From assembly GCF_001194135.2 (NCBI RefSeq), contig NC_068982.1:144227892-144291891 (forward strand): a stretch of DNA of 64,000 bases, given 5' to 3'. The stretch is from Octopus bimaculoides (Eukaryota). Below, piece after piece: positions 51,223-64,000 of the stretch. The notes under the pieces are model-generated. The model ran no database searches. It saw only the letters and a list, made by a program, of their open reading frames with translations, and had not been told where the DNA came from. The first letter of the stretch is position 1; every line of letters begins with the position of its first letter. A program made the translations under genes and the position numbers.

Positions 51223-53028
51223 CTAGAGAAGGAACAGACAAGACACCGCACATGGTACAATAGGTAAGAACCTATTAAAATGGAAGTAAGTGGGGGGCAA
51301 GATAACGCCCAACACTGGTTGCAGTTTGGAAATAAAGGAGATGCTGTTTAATCTGCTGTCTCAAACTTAGAAGTTGTTTATCTACTGTTAGTTTTTCTAA
51401 AAGGAACTATCAGTTAGTATTATTTAGAATTTAGAAGCTACCAGTTTTCTCAAACATACAAATTAATTTAAATGACTATACTTCTTAACAAAAAAAAAAG
51501 TCTACGCTAGGAGCTTAGTTATATGTTCAATCACAAGGTTTTTTGAAATGCCAATTCTCTCTGATGATCAAAATTCCACAAAACAGTTGTAGCATAACCA
51601 GAACAAATAAACAAATAAAATGCTCAGTAAATTCCACAAGCCAGCAAGGGAGCTTCTATATGATTGCCCAACCTGCAAGAGATAGTAGCCAAATTTCCCT
51701 TAAATCACACATTACCATCCTAAGCACAGAAGGATAATGTGGTCCTAGATACAGGTAAAGATAGGATACATGGCTTTTATCATAGTTCTGTTGGGTTGTG
51801 ACTGATTTGAGGCTAAACAATGACAACTATGAATGCCAGCAAAATTATAAAAGATATTTGCCAATTCTCATATTTCCCTAGCAAATATCCACACTTCATA
51901 TAAGTCTTTTGAACATCAGAAGTAATTGACAATAATAGTAGCATGAAAAATGTACAGACAATATTACTACTAGATCCAAATAATGAAAAATTAACATCCC
52001 AATGAGACTAAGAATTTGATATTCATTTTGGTTGAAATCTCCAGTGGTTGCACTATATGAAAGAAGTATGCAAAAGAATATATCTATATATTTTAGCCAA
52101 CACTGTTTATAATAGATAGATGCAAACACCTTGTCTTTATATGTATTATTTTCATACACAGAAAAAGAGGGATTAACCAGACTTGTGTTGGGATTTCACC
52201 AGTAACCAAGTACCCTTCTTAACTGTTCATGGAAACACTGTTTATAAATTCACTATTACTAAGAGCTTCAGTCAACTGGATAGACTGATTAACTTATATA
52301 GGAAATATATTCCTAAATCCATATGCAACTTTTGCAAGTTGCCTTGTACTTTTCTTAAACTGGTAATATTTCTTACGACATTAAATCCCAGTCAAACAAC
52401 TTTTACATATTTGCTTACTATTCCCATAGAGAAAGTAATAGCTAATCCCATCAATATTTCTTGGGTAGATTTCAACTTTAAAGAAATGAACACATAAAAT
52501 TATTCCTTTTGGTGAAATCAACCAAAACACTTTAAAGATATCTAACTTTTTGATTGCTGGATGAAGAAGCAATTTAATAATAAAATTCTAAAGTTATTGT
52601 TTTGACTACATATGCTACTGTTAGTATTAATCTAATTTAAAGTCTAATTTAAGCCAATAGTTTCAGCAATAACAATGTAATCTACAAGCAGAATAAGATT
52701 TTTAAAATAATTATCTATGGCTATGATGATGATTATGTCCAACCCATGACAGTATGGAAAACAGATGTTAAATGATAATGATAATGGTAAAATATTAAAA
52801 GTTTATTGTAAAATGATTAAACAACTAATGCAGTAATGTATTTTGATAGTGATTAATACAGCTTTGCAACAGCCACTTCTCACAGACCATGTTTATTGTA
52901 ATTAACCATTTATCCCAGACTTGTGTATTAACCATGCGATTCCTGACATGATCTCACAAATGGTCAACTTGGACAAGTGTCTTTCATTGAAACTTCAAGT
53001 CAACTAATACCTTCTGAGTGGAATATGG

Positions 53029-53208
53029 CAGTGCTCCGCAACCTTTTTTCACTCATGGTACACTTATACTCTTTTCAAAATTTGGGAGCTGAACTAAAAA
53101 TATAACTAAAAGTATATGAAAAAAATTATATTCAGGTTACACTGTGGCACACCTAGCACCATCTCATGGAACACCAGTGTGCTGTTGCATACCGGTTGCA
53201 GAGCATTG
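53029..53208. mobile_element. 180-bp hAT-type MITE with perfect 8-bp TSD
   Basis: TSD GAATATGG at 53021-53028 and 53209-53216; TIRs CAGTGCTCCGCAACC / GGTTGCAGAGCATTG. Confidence 0.9.
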
Positions 53209-54508
53209 GAATATGGCAGACTATCATGTGCATGATGTTTGTGTGTGCATGTGTATCCATCCACATTTACAGGTGTAAAACCGATGTTGTGTCAAACAAC
53301 ACAAATTAGGAGTTTAATAAAAATATGGATCAATAAATTGAATACCAGGCTTCAATAAGTACCAGAACTGATCTGCATTGAGTTAAACTTTTGAAGATAG
53401 TGTCCCAAAATGGCTGCAGCCAGTAAAATGACAGACTGGGTAATGATGCCTCTATTTTTTAATGATTGACTTATAGGAAGACAGCATTATCCTCTACAGC
53501 ATGCCTTTTCCATTTCTCTTCATTCAACAATAAACAATGCAGTAAACAATCGTTTACTCCCAAGTGTCCTATTATATATACATTGCTTATCTTATAAGAT
53601 AAACAAGTGTGAAACTGAATATGTTCTTAGCGACAAACACATACGGAGCAGTGTATGAAGTCACAGATTTAAAAAAAGCCCCCCCCCTTCCCATCCCACC
53701 AAAAAAGAAAAAAAAAAAAAANNNNNNNNNNAAAAAAAAAAAAAAAAAAAAAAGCAAAAACATGAATACTGCTTTCATAATCCTAAAAGGGGTGAGAACA
53801 TAGCTAAACTGTTGGTTTTTTTGCTACTTCAAAATAGCATCAATGTCAGGAACTTCAATTTATTTATTTTCTTTTTCCATTTTGCTCTCTCTTTTTTTTA
53901 TATTAATTTTACAATGTGGATACAATGAGTCATGTCTAGATTCTACTGTAATTACCATTAACTCATTGCTTCTGATGATTATTTAACAAGACAGTCTGTT
54001 TTTAATCTAAGAAATCAAGTATAGTTGTTTGTAATTCCATTTTTGTCAGCTACAGTGTCATAAAATGTATATCCCTGTCTTTGCTTGAAATATTACTCTG
54101 GGTGCCTTTTTTTTCTTTTATTTAGCTCATTTAAGTGAAGATAGTCAAGTGGCATGAATGAATATCAACATACATAATCATTACCTCCCAAGTTATACCA
54201 CAGTCATAGACGTAAATGTAACAGACTATGTTTAACCTAAGATACAAATGTTACTCTATTATTTTATTCCAGAATAAAATTTTATCACAAGATTCTCCAC
54301 CTCAGTTCTCAGAATCTTATGAATAAACTTCATTTGAAACTTTAATAAAAGTCTTAAACCAATTACCAGATCACTAATAAAGGCTAAAATAATTGAGAAT
54401 AATTACGTCATATATCATTCAAAACAAGGCTAATTATTATAATGAAGACAATTAAAAAGAAACATATTTTGATATTTATATATTTAGAGTAAAAGTTTTA
54501 TAATGATG

Positions 54509-54560
<52 letters not shown>

Positions 54561-54570
54561 TGATGATGAT
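54509..54570. repeat. (AAT)n/(GAT)n trinucleotide repeat
   Basis: Direct inspection. Confidence 0.95.
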
Positions 54571-55453
54571 GTATAACTACATATTAATTTATATTATGGA
54601 GCTTCAAAAGACTGACATTTGTCTAATAGATAGCTTGCAAAATGACATTAGCTAACTGAGCTACTTAAAAAAAATCCAATAGCTATGACAGTTTAGCATT
54701 TACATTTTTGACATGAAATTTTCAAAAAAGGTAAAAGACCATGGGCAGTGCTTGACAATTGCTGATGGAACTGGCTTAGGGTTACTCAAATGAAATGGGA
54801 TTGAATGGTAGAATGGTAGGAAAATTTTTAGATGCTAACAGTTTTAACTCTTAGCATCTAAAAATATTGATATAACTGCTTTGATGATTGGGAAAAAAAA
54901 TTCATGAAATACAAATAATATTTGAAATATCACAAACATGTTCTTTTTTCATTTTTTATTTCTCTCCAAAGAATTCAGGTTAACCTATAAAGTACAGATC
55001 AAGATTTGTGCTGAACAGAGAACTCCAGGACATGCTGTGATATGACCTATGCAGTTTATGGCGCCCACAAATCTAACTTATAAATTTATCTAGAGCAAAT
55101 ACTGATCAGTGGAATATAAACAGTAAACCAGTGAAAAATGCACCATTTGCTTTTCAGGAGAATAACAACAGTAAACACATCTATTCCTCTGCCTCCCCTT
55201 ACTCTCTCATTTTCTCTCACATACATCTTCATAATGTACTTCTTTGAATGAAGATATTTGCCAATGGAAAAGTTCAGAAATATATAAACCCTTATCAGAT
55301 GACTGGGGCACTCAGACGACCCATCACTTTTCTACAAGAAAGAAAACAAGACTGATCTCTTCAACACACACACATGCTAATATACATTTATATGCAGGAT
55401 CTCGCATGTTAAGGATTAATGTGTTCTGAAAATGTTGCTGTAATGCAAAATCC

Positions 55454-55682
55454 TTAACTCCTTAGCATTTAAGCCAGCCGTACCAGGCCCAAATATTCTA
55501 CTTTCTTTTATGTTCAAACTAACCACATCCAGACTCTTGCACCTACCCTACAATGTCATTCTAAAAATAAATAATCACATCATCAAAATCTCGAAGCTAA
55601 AATATCATGCATGATTAATTCAAAACAAGTTAAATAAATAAGCATTACATTTGGCAGAGTAATCTGAATGCTAAAAGGTTAA
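55454..55682. mobile_element. TTAA-flanked piggyBac-like MITE
   Basis: TTAA-CTCCTTAGCATT ... AATGCTAAAAGG-TTAA; homologous to 1217-1394. Confidence 0.8.
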
Positions 55683-56673
55683 TGTGAAATTAATCTTCCC
55701 ATTGATTTTCATATCTTAAAGTGAAAATGTGTTATGATTTATTTTTGAAAGAGAGCGGCGAGAAGACAAGTATTTATAGACCACTTTTTGAAAAGACTTA
55801 GCTACTCATATATTCTTATTTGAATGTCGAATCAGAAAAGTGCAGTTTCATTAACATTATATATTTGCTCTGCTCACTTTAGCAACATTGTTTTTGTTTT
55901 TGCTTATCAGCTGCTCATTATAATTAGTAGCAGACTTCACATCAATACAACTTTAACAGTCACTTTATGTTGTGTAGATTCAAATGCTTCTTAAACCTTT
56001 CAAACCAGATTTTCCTAGCCAGAAGAGGTTTTCAATTAGAAGTTTCATTTCCCTTTTTCTGCTAACTGTTACAAACCTTTGTCCATTTAAAAAAAAATTA
56101 CCATTATGCTTTTCAGCTCATTATGTCAAGTCTTATCTTCAATCCATACACTCAAGAGCCATATCATTTATAGCATCACATTAAATATATGAAAAAATAA
56201 GGCACAAGCAGTTAACAGAGCAGATTCTTGAGCACTTGACTTAATTTTCTCTTTACTGTCATGAATTGTTTTCACTACAGACATTACAAGCTTTAATGTT
56301 TAAGAAATGTGGCATCATGCCTTTTTAAAGTTTAAAACTCAGAGTAATCCAACAGTGATGGTGATCGACAATTTCTCACAAAACTATGTTGTAAAAACAA
56401 CTGGCACAAAAAATGAACTACTCTGTGTGAGTAAAAAGTTATTGTCTTCATCCTAAGGATGTAAGTATGGAAATGAGATGAAGAAGAAGTTTATAGTGAA
56501 ACATACACAAACATCTGCACACACATACACACACATATGTATATATATATATCCCACCCATGCCAGCACGGAAGGGGAATGCTAAATGATAACAATGATA
56601 ATATATATATATATACACACACACACAAACACATGCATTCATATATATACACATATATACACACACATTCATT

Positions 56674-56720
<47 letters not shown>

Positions 56721-56916
56721 GTACATATGCAGACACACAAACACACTTCACCTTACCGAAATTCAGATACTCCTTATATAACTTTGAAATAACAATATTT
56801 TGGGGTGTTGCATCTCATAAAAATGATTCTACCTTCTTCAGTGTAGTAGTATCCATAGAGTTCAACTCTAAAGGTTTAATGTCAGAATATTCTATCAAGA
56901 ATCTTGGGTTTCAGCT

Positions 56917-57613
56917 GTGCAAGATCTCCTTGATTGTGTTGAGAACAATGAAAGCTTTTTGAAAACGGTCATAACGGGTGATAAATCATGGGTCTATGGC
57001 TATGACTTCCAAACAAAGGCTCAGTCTTTGCAGTGGAAGCCCCCCCCCCACTCCTCTCAGAGACCGAAGAAGGCACAAATAAGTCAAAGCAATGTGAAGA
57101 CACTGTTGACCGTTTCCTTCAACTACAAGGGGATTGTTCATCATGAGTATGCTCTACCTGGTCAGACAGTAAACAAGGAGTACTACCATGACGTTTTGTG
57201 GCATTTGCAGGATGCTATTTGTTGGAAAAGGGCACAATTGCACCATGACAATGCACCTGCCCATTCAGCACAGCTTGTGCAGCAGTTTTTAGCTAGGTAC
57301 AGCATTCCCCAGGTCCAACAGCCACTCTATACCCCAGATCTCACCCCTTACAACTTCTTCCTCTTTCCAAAAATCAAATATCACTTGAAAGGGAGAAGTT
57401 TCCATTACATCAAGGAAATCAAAGTGAATGTGACGAGGCAACTGCTGATTATCCCTGAAAACAAGTTCCAGGAATGCTACCATCAATGGAAACAGTGCTG
57501 GATTAAGCGTGTGACTTCTGAAGGGGATGACTTTGCAGGAGGTTAAATGCCAAATTGGTACGTGTTGTAGTTTTCTTTTTATAGCACCAGATACTTATTG
57601 ATCAGATCTCGTA
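56917..57613 (+). mobile_element. 5'-truncated mariner (Tc1/mariner) element; catalytic-domain ORF 56917-57546, likely non-functional
   Basis: Motifs VITGDKSWVYGYD, LHHDNAPAH and YTPDLTPYNFFLFPKIK...LKGRSF. Right TIR-like end gatacttattgatcagatctcg|TA at 57611-57613. No DNA-binding domain or left TIR seen. Confidence 0.92.
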
Positions 57614-57815
57614 CACAATAATGCAGCTTGGTTTCTAACAATGAATTTTTTGTTCTTTTCCTTTTATATCAAATTGGAGCTTACATGAGTTTGCTTCATA
57701 TCCTACACACACACACACACACACACTGCTTCAAATAACAACCTTTTATTGCATACCAGTAAAGTATATTTCATATAAGTAAGGATTCTGCTCTACATTC
57801 TATTTATAATCAGTC

Positions 57816-57875
<60 letters not shown>

Positions 57876-60800
57876 TATCTGACTCTTAAACAGTTAAATT
57901 AAAGACTGCAACAGTCTAAAATAGTATATCTGTAGTGCTGGTCTGAGAATAGGTACATGGTGATTTGATGAATTGGTACATAGATGAGCATTCATCAACA
58001 CCATTTTTTTCATAGCTATTTTTCCCTTGATCTCACAAATTGAGTCTGTTTTTTTAAATAACTTATCTTTTAGTTATTTCGTTTAGCAATTGGTGAGGAG
58101 TTTATTTTTGTCTACCTCTGTTTTGTGCACCATCTGTCAACTAGTATGTTTTGTTTCTCATGGTACAAAACCATACACCCACAACATTTCTCAAATAAAT
58201 CAGACCTGATGTCTTTATTGTTAATATTAAGCTATTCTTTAGATAATATTCTTGAGTCATAAATAACATTATAAATTCATTGCTTACTTGTTCTACTAAT
58301 GAACCATTCTTGTTGTTTATTCTCATGTCAAACTTGACTGAATAAACCCACAATAAAAGACATTTGAACAATGATCATCACAACTTTTTATTTTTTGCAG
58401 CTAGTGTCTAGAACTACATTATTCAATGTGCCACCCATTTTTTTAAAGATGATAGAGTAAGATTTCGTAGCCAATTCTGACAGGCCAAGCCACCACACAT
58501 GTGGTACCACATACTGTGAGATGACAGGAAGTTCTTACCTGAGTAAGTAAAGGTGAAGCTGGTAGCAAACTCTATCTAAATTCTCATTGGCAACCATATT
58601 TCAGTTCCCAGGAACTGAAATACTCTTGGGAAAAAGAAGGATTCGCCTTACTTTTCTTCCCATGAAGGCAGTAAATGTGAAAATGAAGTAGCCACTTATA
58701 ATTTTATTTATGAATTTATCAGACCATGCAAAAGATGAATCTACATTCACTGGAATACAATATAACACTCCAAAACATAATAATACAAATTGATTTTGGT
58801 CAGAATGAAGTTCTTTCTTCAACAATACTGAAGTTTTTATTTTGAGTTATTTTTTAAACAAACATCTTCAAGTGACAAAAGACACATTACTATCTTTTGT
58901 CCATCTTGCATCAGGATCATTTAAAGATCCATAACTGAACTGAATAAACATTAACAATAGAAACCTTGATATCTTTAGAAAGATAGGTACTTTGGGGAAT
59001 AAGAACCAAAGATACTCTTACATCATTCATTTTGTTCATATTTACTAGCATTTTCAATCTGAATAATAATAAAAAAATTTTTTTAAACTAGTTTCAGGTT
59101 GAAGCTTTAAGGAATTTTACCTTTAAGATTTTTTTTTTTTTTAAAGAATTATAGCTTTTCATTTATTTCGGGTTATATACTATCTCTAAAGAGAAATGCT
59201 AAGAATGAAATAGAAAGAAAGGGGAGACAAAGATGCATAAAAAAAAAACAGGCAAATTCAATGGTAGGTGATGATGACAATAATGGGACTGTAAGGGATG
59301 ATAGTGGACATGACACAAAGCTATTTTTAAAAGTTAAAAGAAATTATAAAAACAGCATATGATTTCAGAATTTCACCAAAGCCTTTACCTAATATCATAT
59401 AATAAAATTATTCAAATTTGCATATGTTGATAAGACCAAAAAAAAAAAAAGCAGCAACAAAACAAAAAGGCAAAACATGAACTGCTTCTCTGTTGGCTAG
59501 TTTGGTTTAAAGTACATGTAGTTGATTTTCTGTTAAGCATCATCGATCATATGTGCAATCATCTAAATGTAAATCAATAAATAAGGTTAACTCCCTTATC
59601 ACATGCAATTCTTGTATTGTAATGCCGATTTTTCTACCTTCTTTCTTCAAGTATAGGATTTCTGATATCACAATTTAAATGAAGTTTCAAGTTTCAAAAT
59701 TATATTTTTTGTAGATGTTGTTGATGGTGATGACAACAATGATGATGGAATTTTTTATGATTGATGAGTTAATCATTTCAAAATTCCATGAAGTACCCAG
59801 TAGATTTATATTATTAAATTTCATACAAACTGAGAATTAAAAAAAGTGGAAATAGAGAAGAAATAAAATGTAAGTATTGCTGATTTGGTTCATGCAGACA
59901 TCAATATAATATTACTTGACAACAGCTGAAAATGATCTGCAATATTGAATTAATATTACCTAGTTGATTAATTAATTAGAGGTGACAAATAATCAGACAA
60001 ATTAACTACACAAATTAGATGAAATAAGAAAAATAGCTTCACAGAAAATTACTAATAGTCTAACACTGGTACAAGATTCTTATATAGTCTTTATACTAGT
60101 TGGTGCATTAAAAAGTTGCTATAAGGTATGAAAAGTGAGATGTTAATTTGAATCTTGCACCTTCTTCCAACTGAACAAATACAATGTAGTCATTTCATTC
60201 AGTTAATAATCTTGGATATTTAGTTACTCATTCATTTTCATAGTTTTAGTCTATTATCAATACATGCAGTAACAACACATTTAATAATGTTGCTATGATA
60301 AAATCATAACTATTAAGAACTTTATTTGACAAGAAAATGGAAATGGCTACAGTACATTACCTTATTCTAAGTTTAAACTTTATTTGATCATAAGCAATAT
60401 TGATTTTGTTAAATATATCAATATTATTTAAGCCTTATTTCATCATAAGCAATTATTGTTTTTTCATACTAAACATAATTATTTTTAGATATGAACACAA
60501 GAATTATAAAAATATACATGAACTATTTAATTCCAACCAATAAAGAGATGAAAAGAAAATGATTCTTCCATAATTCATATATTTCAGTTAAAAAAGCTCC
60601 TAAATTTGTAAGTGATAATATTATGAAGACACACAGATCTGAAGAAGTGGAAAAATGTTGATTCTCACTGAGCAATACCAGATGAAAAGAAGATCCACAT
60701 CATATTTAGCATCACAATATAAGACTATCTTCATTTACATGGTTGGTCAATGTAAGAAATAGCAGCCTAATCTCTCTCAAATTACAACTATCCATTTTAA

Positions 60801-61006
60801 AGAAAGCAAAGACACATCGTTTAATGTAGTTCTAGATACACTCCATCTGAAAAGAAGATAAGATGGTCATAGCATGATGCCCCATCAAAATTCTGACAAT
60901 AAGAATGATGATTATACACAACAAAGTTGCTGTAATGATACTGAATCCCCACAATTCAAATATATAATTATTAAAATATATTATTAATTAATATATTTCA
61001 ATTCTC

Positions 61007-61220
61007 TAAGGCGGCAAGCAGGCAGAATTGTTAGCATATGAGGCAAAATGCTAAGTGGCATTTTGTCCATCTATGTTCTGAGTTCAAATTCTGCTGAGGT
61101 TGATTTTGCCTTTCATCCTTTTGGAATCAATAAAATAAATACCAGTTAAGCATGGGAATTGATGTAATCAGCTTGCCCCTTTTTCATGAAATTGCTGACC
61201 TTGTGCCAAAATTTGAAAAC
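61007..61220 (+). mobile_element. SINE family D with 17-bp TSD
   Basis: TSD aatatatttcaattctc at 60990-61006 and 61221-61237. Confidence 0.85.
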
Positions 61221-62646
61221 AATATATTTCAATTCTCAAATATTTAATGATTAATAACACATTACTTTCTAAAATTTAATTATCTAATTGGCTTTTTAAA
61301 ATATAGTCTATATTTAAGGATTCTAAAATAGTTTATTTAGTTAAATATTGAATTCCAGAACTGAAATGTAAGTTCAGTTCTTAGCTGCCAACATTTGTTT
61401 AAAAATGGTAAATTATTCTTTTCATGATTATATGCAAGCATTGTATTTTGGTTTGTCAAGCTGAAAACTTTGAATTTAACCTTGAAAAGAAACTTGCATC
61501 AAGCTCAGTAGTTACAGAAATAATGGAAGTATCTGATGAACATAAGCAAACAGTCAGGAAATAAAAAAAAAAAGTAAAAAGAAAAAAAACCTGCAAGAAG
61601 AAATGTCATATCTGAAGATGTAAACATCTAAGGTATCCTGAGAAACAAAAGCAAAGCAAAACATAAGAAAGAAATAAAACATCTTTCACAACAATCCCTT
61701 CAAAAGTCCGTTTTCTTTACAACAATTCCATGTAAGGAAAATAATTGCTCTTGGAAAGACAAAATATGATATGAAAAACTAAATGCCGACAAAAGCAGGC
61801 ATGTGAAAGAAGCAAAAATAGAAGCATGCAAATCTAACTAGTCAACATTCTTCACAATTTTAACATGCCAACAAGCAGATATATTGGAAAATCTCACATT
61901 ACATATTAAAATAAACATTATCCTGGAAAACTGATAAAAAGAAAATCAGAACCATATTTTATGATGCTTTGTTGATTAGATCAATCATCAATCAACATTA
62001 GGTCAATCATTATCATCATCATTATCAAGTGTTTGAAATGTTTTTACATGGCATTAAAATAAACAAACTAACGTGAGTCACTAAAAACTGTTTTATATTT
62101 GCTGGCTATTTTGTTAGGTCAAGTTTAAAACCCTTCATTTAAAATTTGCCAATCCTTTATCTATCACATAGCACTTGATCCATTTCTGACATAAACAACA
62201 TCTGGCACTTTTAACTTCTAATATCTTTTTGAAGTCCTCTTAAACTGTTGCTATATTTTAGAGAAAATTACTACATTTAAGAGGACATGTTAGAAATAAT
62301 AAAATAAATAAAAATAGATAGCATCATAACCACTGACATTGTAGTGTCTTTTACTCAAGATTTAATTTAAATCCTTTAATAAGTGTCCACCGTTTTTGGT
62401 TTATTTAGGTTGTACTTGAATTGGAGATTAGACCTTTATTATTCTAAATGACATGATGAAAACAAATATCAATAATATAATGCTAGATGTCAAACAAGAT
62501 GAAGGATGTTATAAATCTGTTCCATGCACATATGAGTCCATATGAAGACTGATGTAATTGTAAATAAAGAAATCTAAAAACAATGCAACAATTACAATTG
62601 TATTGTAATCTAGTGCAGTTAGATAATACTCTATACCACACGTGCA

Positions 62647-62723
<77 letters not shown>

Positions 62724-63540
62724 CAGACTAGATCAGTAGGGAATAATTTAATAGTTAGGTTAAAAAGTTACGCTTTTGTTATGCCGACTGTTATATTTTA
62801 GAATAATCTTCCGTTTTAACTGCTGGAATCTCCTTGCAACAAATTCCCAGGAATTGTCTTAGTTCAAATGTTCAGTAAACAATGTGTTAATGAATTGTAA
62901 GATATGGAAATATTTGCCCATAACAATTTTGAACTTCAAAAATAGTATTAAAATATTTTTTAACTAACTCACAAAACCACTTTCTAAAAATATATTTTTC
63001 AACATTTTCTTTTTTGTTCCACTGACCATAATCCTTAAAATAGAGGTAAGTAAATATTAAGAAATAATCCTTGTAAGATATCTTAAGTGCATACCAGTTA
63101 TTACAAATATCACTGATTACATTAAGTGTACTTGAAAATGGCCATGATTACTTGACTATTGGAAACAAGGAATAAAGGTTGAATAGAATAAGAAAATACA
63201 ATCAAATCAACTACCTACTTACACAGTTGGTCAACTGACATGTTTCTTGTTTTACAGTAAAACAGAACTAAATTTTTTAAAATGGTACAGAATATGAAGT
63301 CATACAAGTCAGCTGATATCTTCAGTGAGAGTTCTACTGATGAAGAAGTTGTTTCAAAAGCAACATAAACTGATAATTGCTAGCAAGGACCCAATATTTT
63401 GTGTTAGCAGTGCAGTATTCTCATTTTTAAGTTTATAGATTTTCTATAGAATTCAGAGTCAGCACTGAAAGTTATGACATTTCATATATGAATATATTTA
63501 TGTAAATAATACAACTGCAGATGCAAGGAATAGGTAATGG

Positions 63541-63574
<34 letters not shown>

Positions 63575-63689
63575 ACTCTTGAAATATGCATTGTTTACAT
63601 AAACGTGTTCATATACAAAACATTATAACTTTTAGTATTCGATCTGAATTCTAAAGGAAATCTGTAGAGATAAAATGAAAATGATAATT

Positions 63690-63990
63690 GTTTCTCTTGC
63701 TTGGGAGCATCAAGGAACTATAAAAAAAAAATGCAAAGAAGCATTTAAGGACTCTAGCAAAGTAAGAGGAGAAAATTTATTTCAATTGAGAATAAAAGCT
63801 GAGTTGCTTTATCTTGCCAGGGTGATGAAGAAAGTAACTGCCATACAAGTAGTTGTAGGGGAACCAGGAGCATTAACAACCTAGTTTGAGAAATTTGTTA
63901 AGAAAACTAGGGTTGACATACGAGTAGAACATGCCCAGAAAACTGCTTCATTGGCAATGACAAGGATTTTCAGATTGGCACTTGTATGTT
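63690..63990 (+). mobile_element. Decayed 3' end of an RLE-type (restriction-like endonuclease) non-LTR retrotransposon
   Basis: MKKVTAIQVVVGEPGAL..*FEKFVKK..VDIRVEHAQKTASLAMTRIFRLAL resembles the C-terminal V.PVVVGALG...LQK..LL.TARILR.VL of RLE LINEs. Confidence 0.65.
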
Positions 63991-64000
63991 AAGTATCTTG

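Noticed and set aside
51223-51271. Upstream alternative acceptor (ttttaatag) extending the 51.1 kb exon in an open frame
   Set aside because: Adds 49 nt and changes the entry phase to 1, incompatible with the expected phase-2 junction from the preceding FERM exon.
52419-52475. 57-nt minus-strand unit with plausible acceptor and gtaagc donor
   Set aside because: Stop codon immediately in the required phase-2 frame; the other frames have no FERM similarity.
55226-55332. 107-nt minus-strand unit with good splice sites, containing an LFHWQ resemblance to FERM IFQWRQ
   Set aside because: The resembling frame has an upstream stop, the rest does not align, and the length and phase do not fit.
58288-58326. 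Candidate first exon MRINNKNGSLVEQ|gtaagc on the minus strand
   Set aside because: A phase-0 donor cannot splice in frame to the phase-2 acceptor at 51222 (stop after 11 codons), and there is no homology.
58423-58512. Minus-strand 29-aa ORF MWYHMCGGLACQNWLRNLTLSSLKKWVAH, reminiscent of the recalled human FRMD4B N-terminus (MCG...NLTVSTLRRW)
   Set aside because: Terminates in a stop with no good donor and lies downstream of where the FERM N-lobe exons must be. The match is short and from memory, so it is most likely chance.

Overview
AT-rich, microsatellite- and SINE-dense eukaryotic genomic DNA with five N-gaps. The repeat families resemble, from memory, those of octopus (coleoid cephalopod) genomes; this is not database-verified. 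The window lies almost entirely in large introns of one minus-strand gene, an orthologue of FRMD4A/B (FERM domain-containing protein 4). Four phase-compatible coding exons were found: 51222-51118, a 27-nt microexon at 50745-50719, 34597-34456 and 32806-32656. They encode the FERM C-lobe and the region just after it. The upstream FERM exons and the downstream cytohesin-binding (CUPID/DUF3338) exons were not found and probably lie outside the window or in a gap. The rest is transposon debris: tRNA-derived SINEs, RTE LINE 3' ends, hAT/piggyBac/pogo-type MITEs, a Helitron 3' end, a truncated mariner transposase and an RLE-type LINE tail. Main points of interest: (i) a Penelope-like inverted repeat carrying two opposed minimal type I hammerhead ribozyme motifs (27.8-27.95 kb); (ii) an insert exon plus a frame-preserving microexon within the FERM C-lobe; (iii) a CpG-rich, promoter-like intronic domain (16-20.5 kb) with two hairpins. 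No rRNA, tRNA gene or CRISPR array is supported. Nearly all ORFs in the supplied track are spurious. Repeat boundaries are approximate unless a TSD is given.
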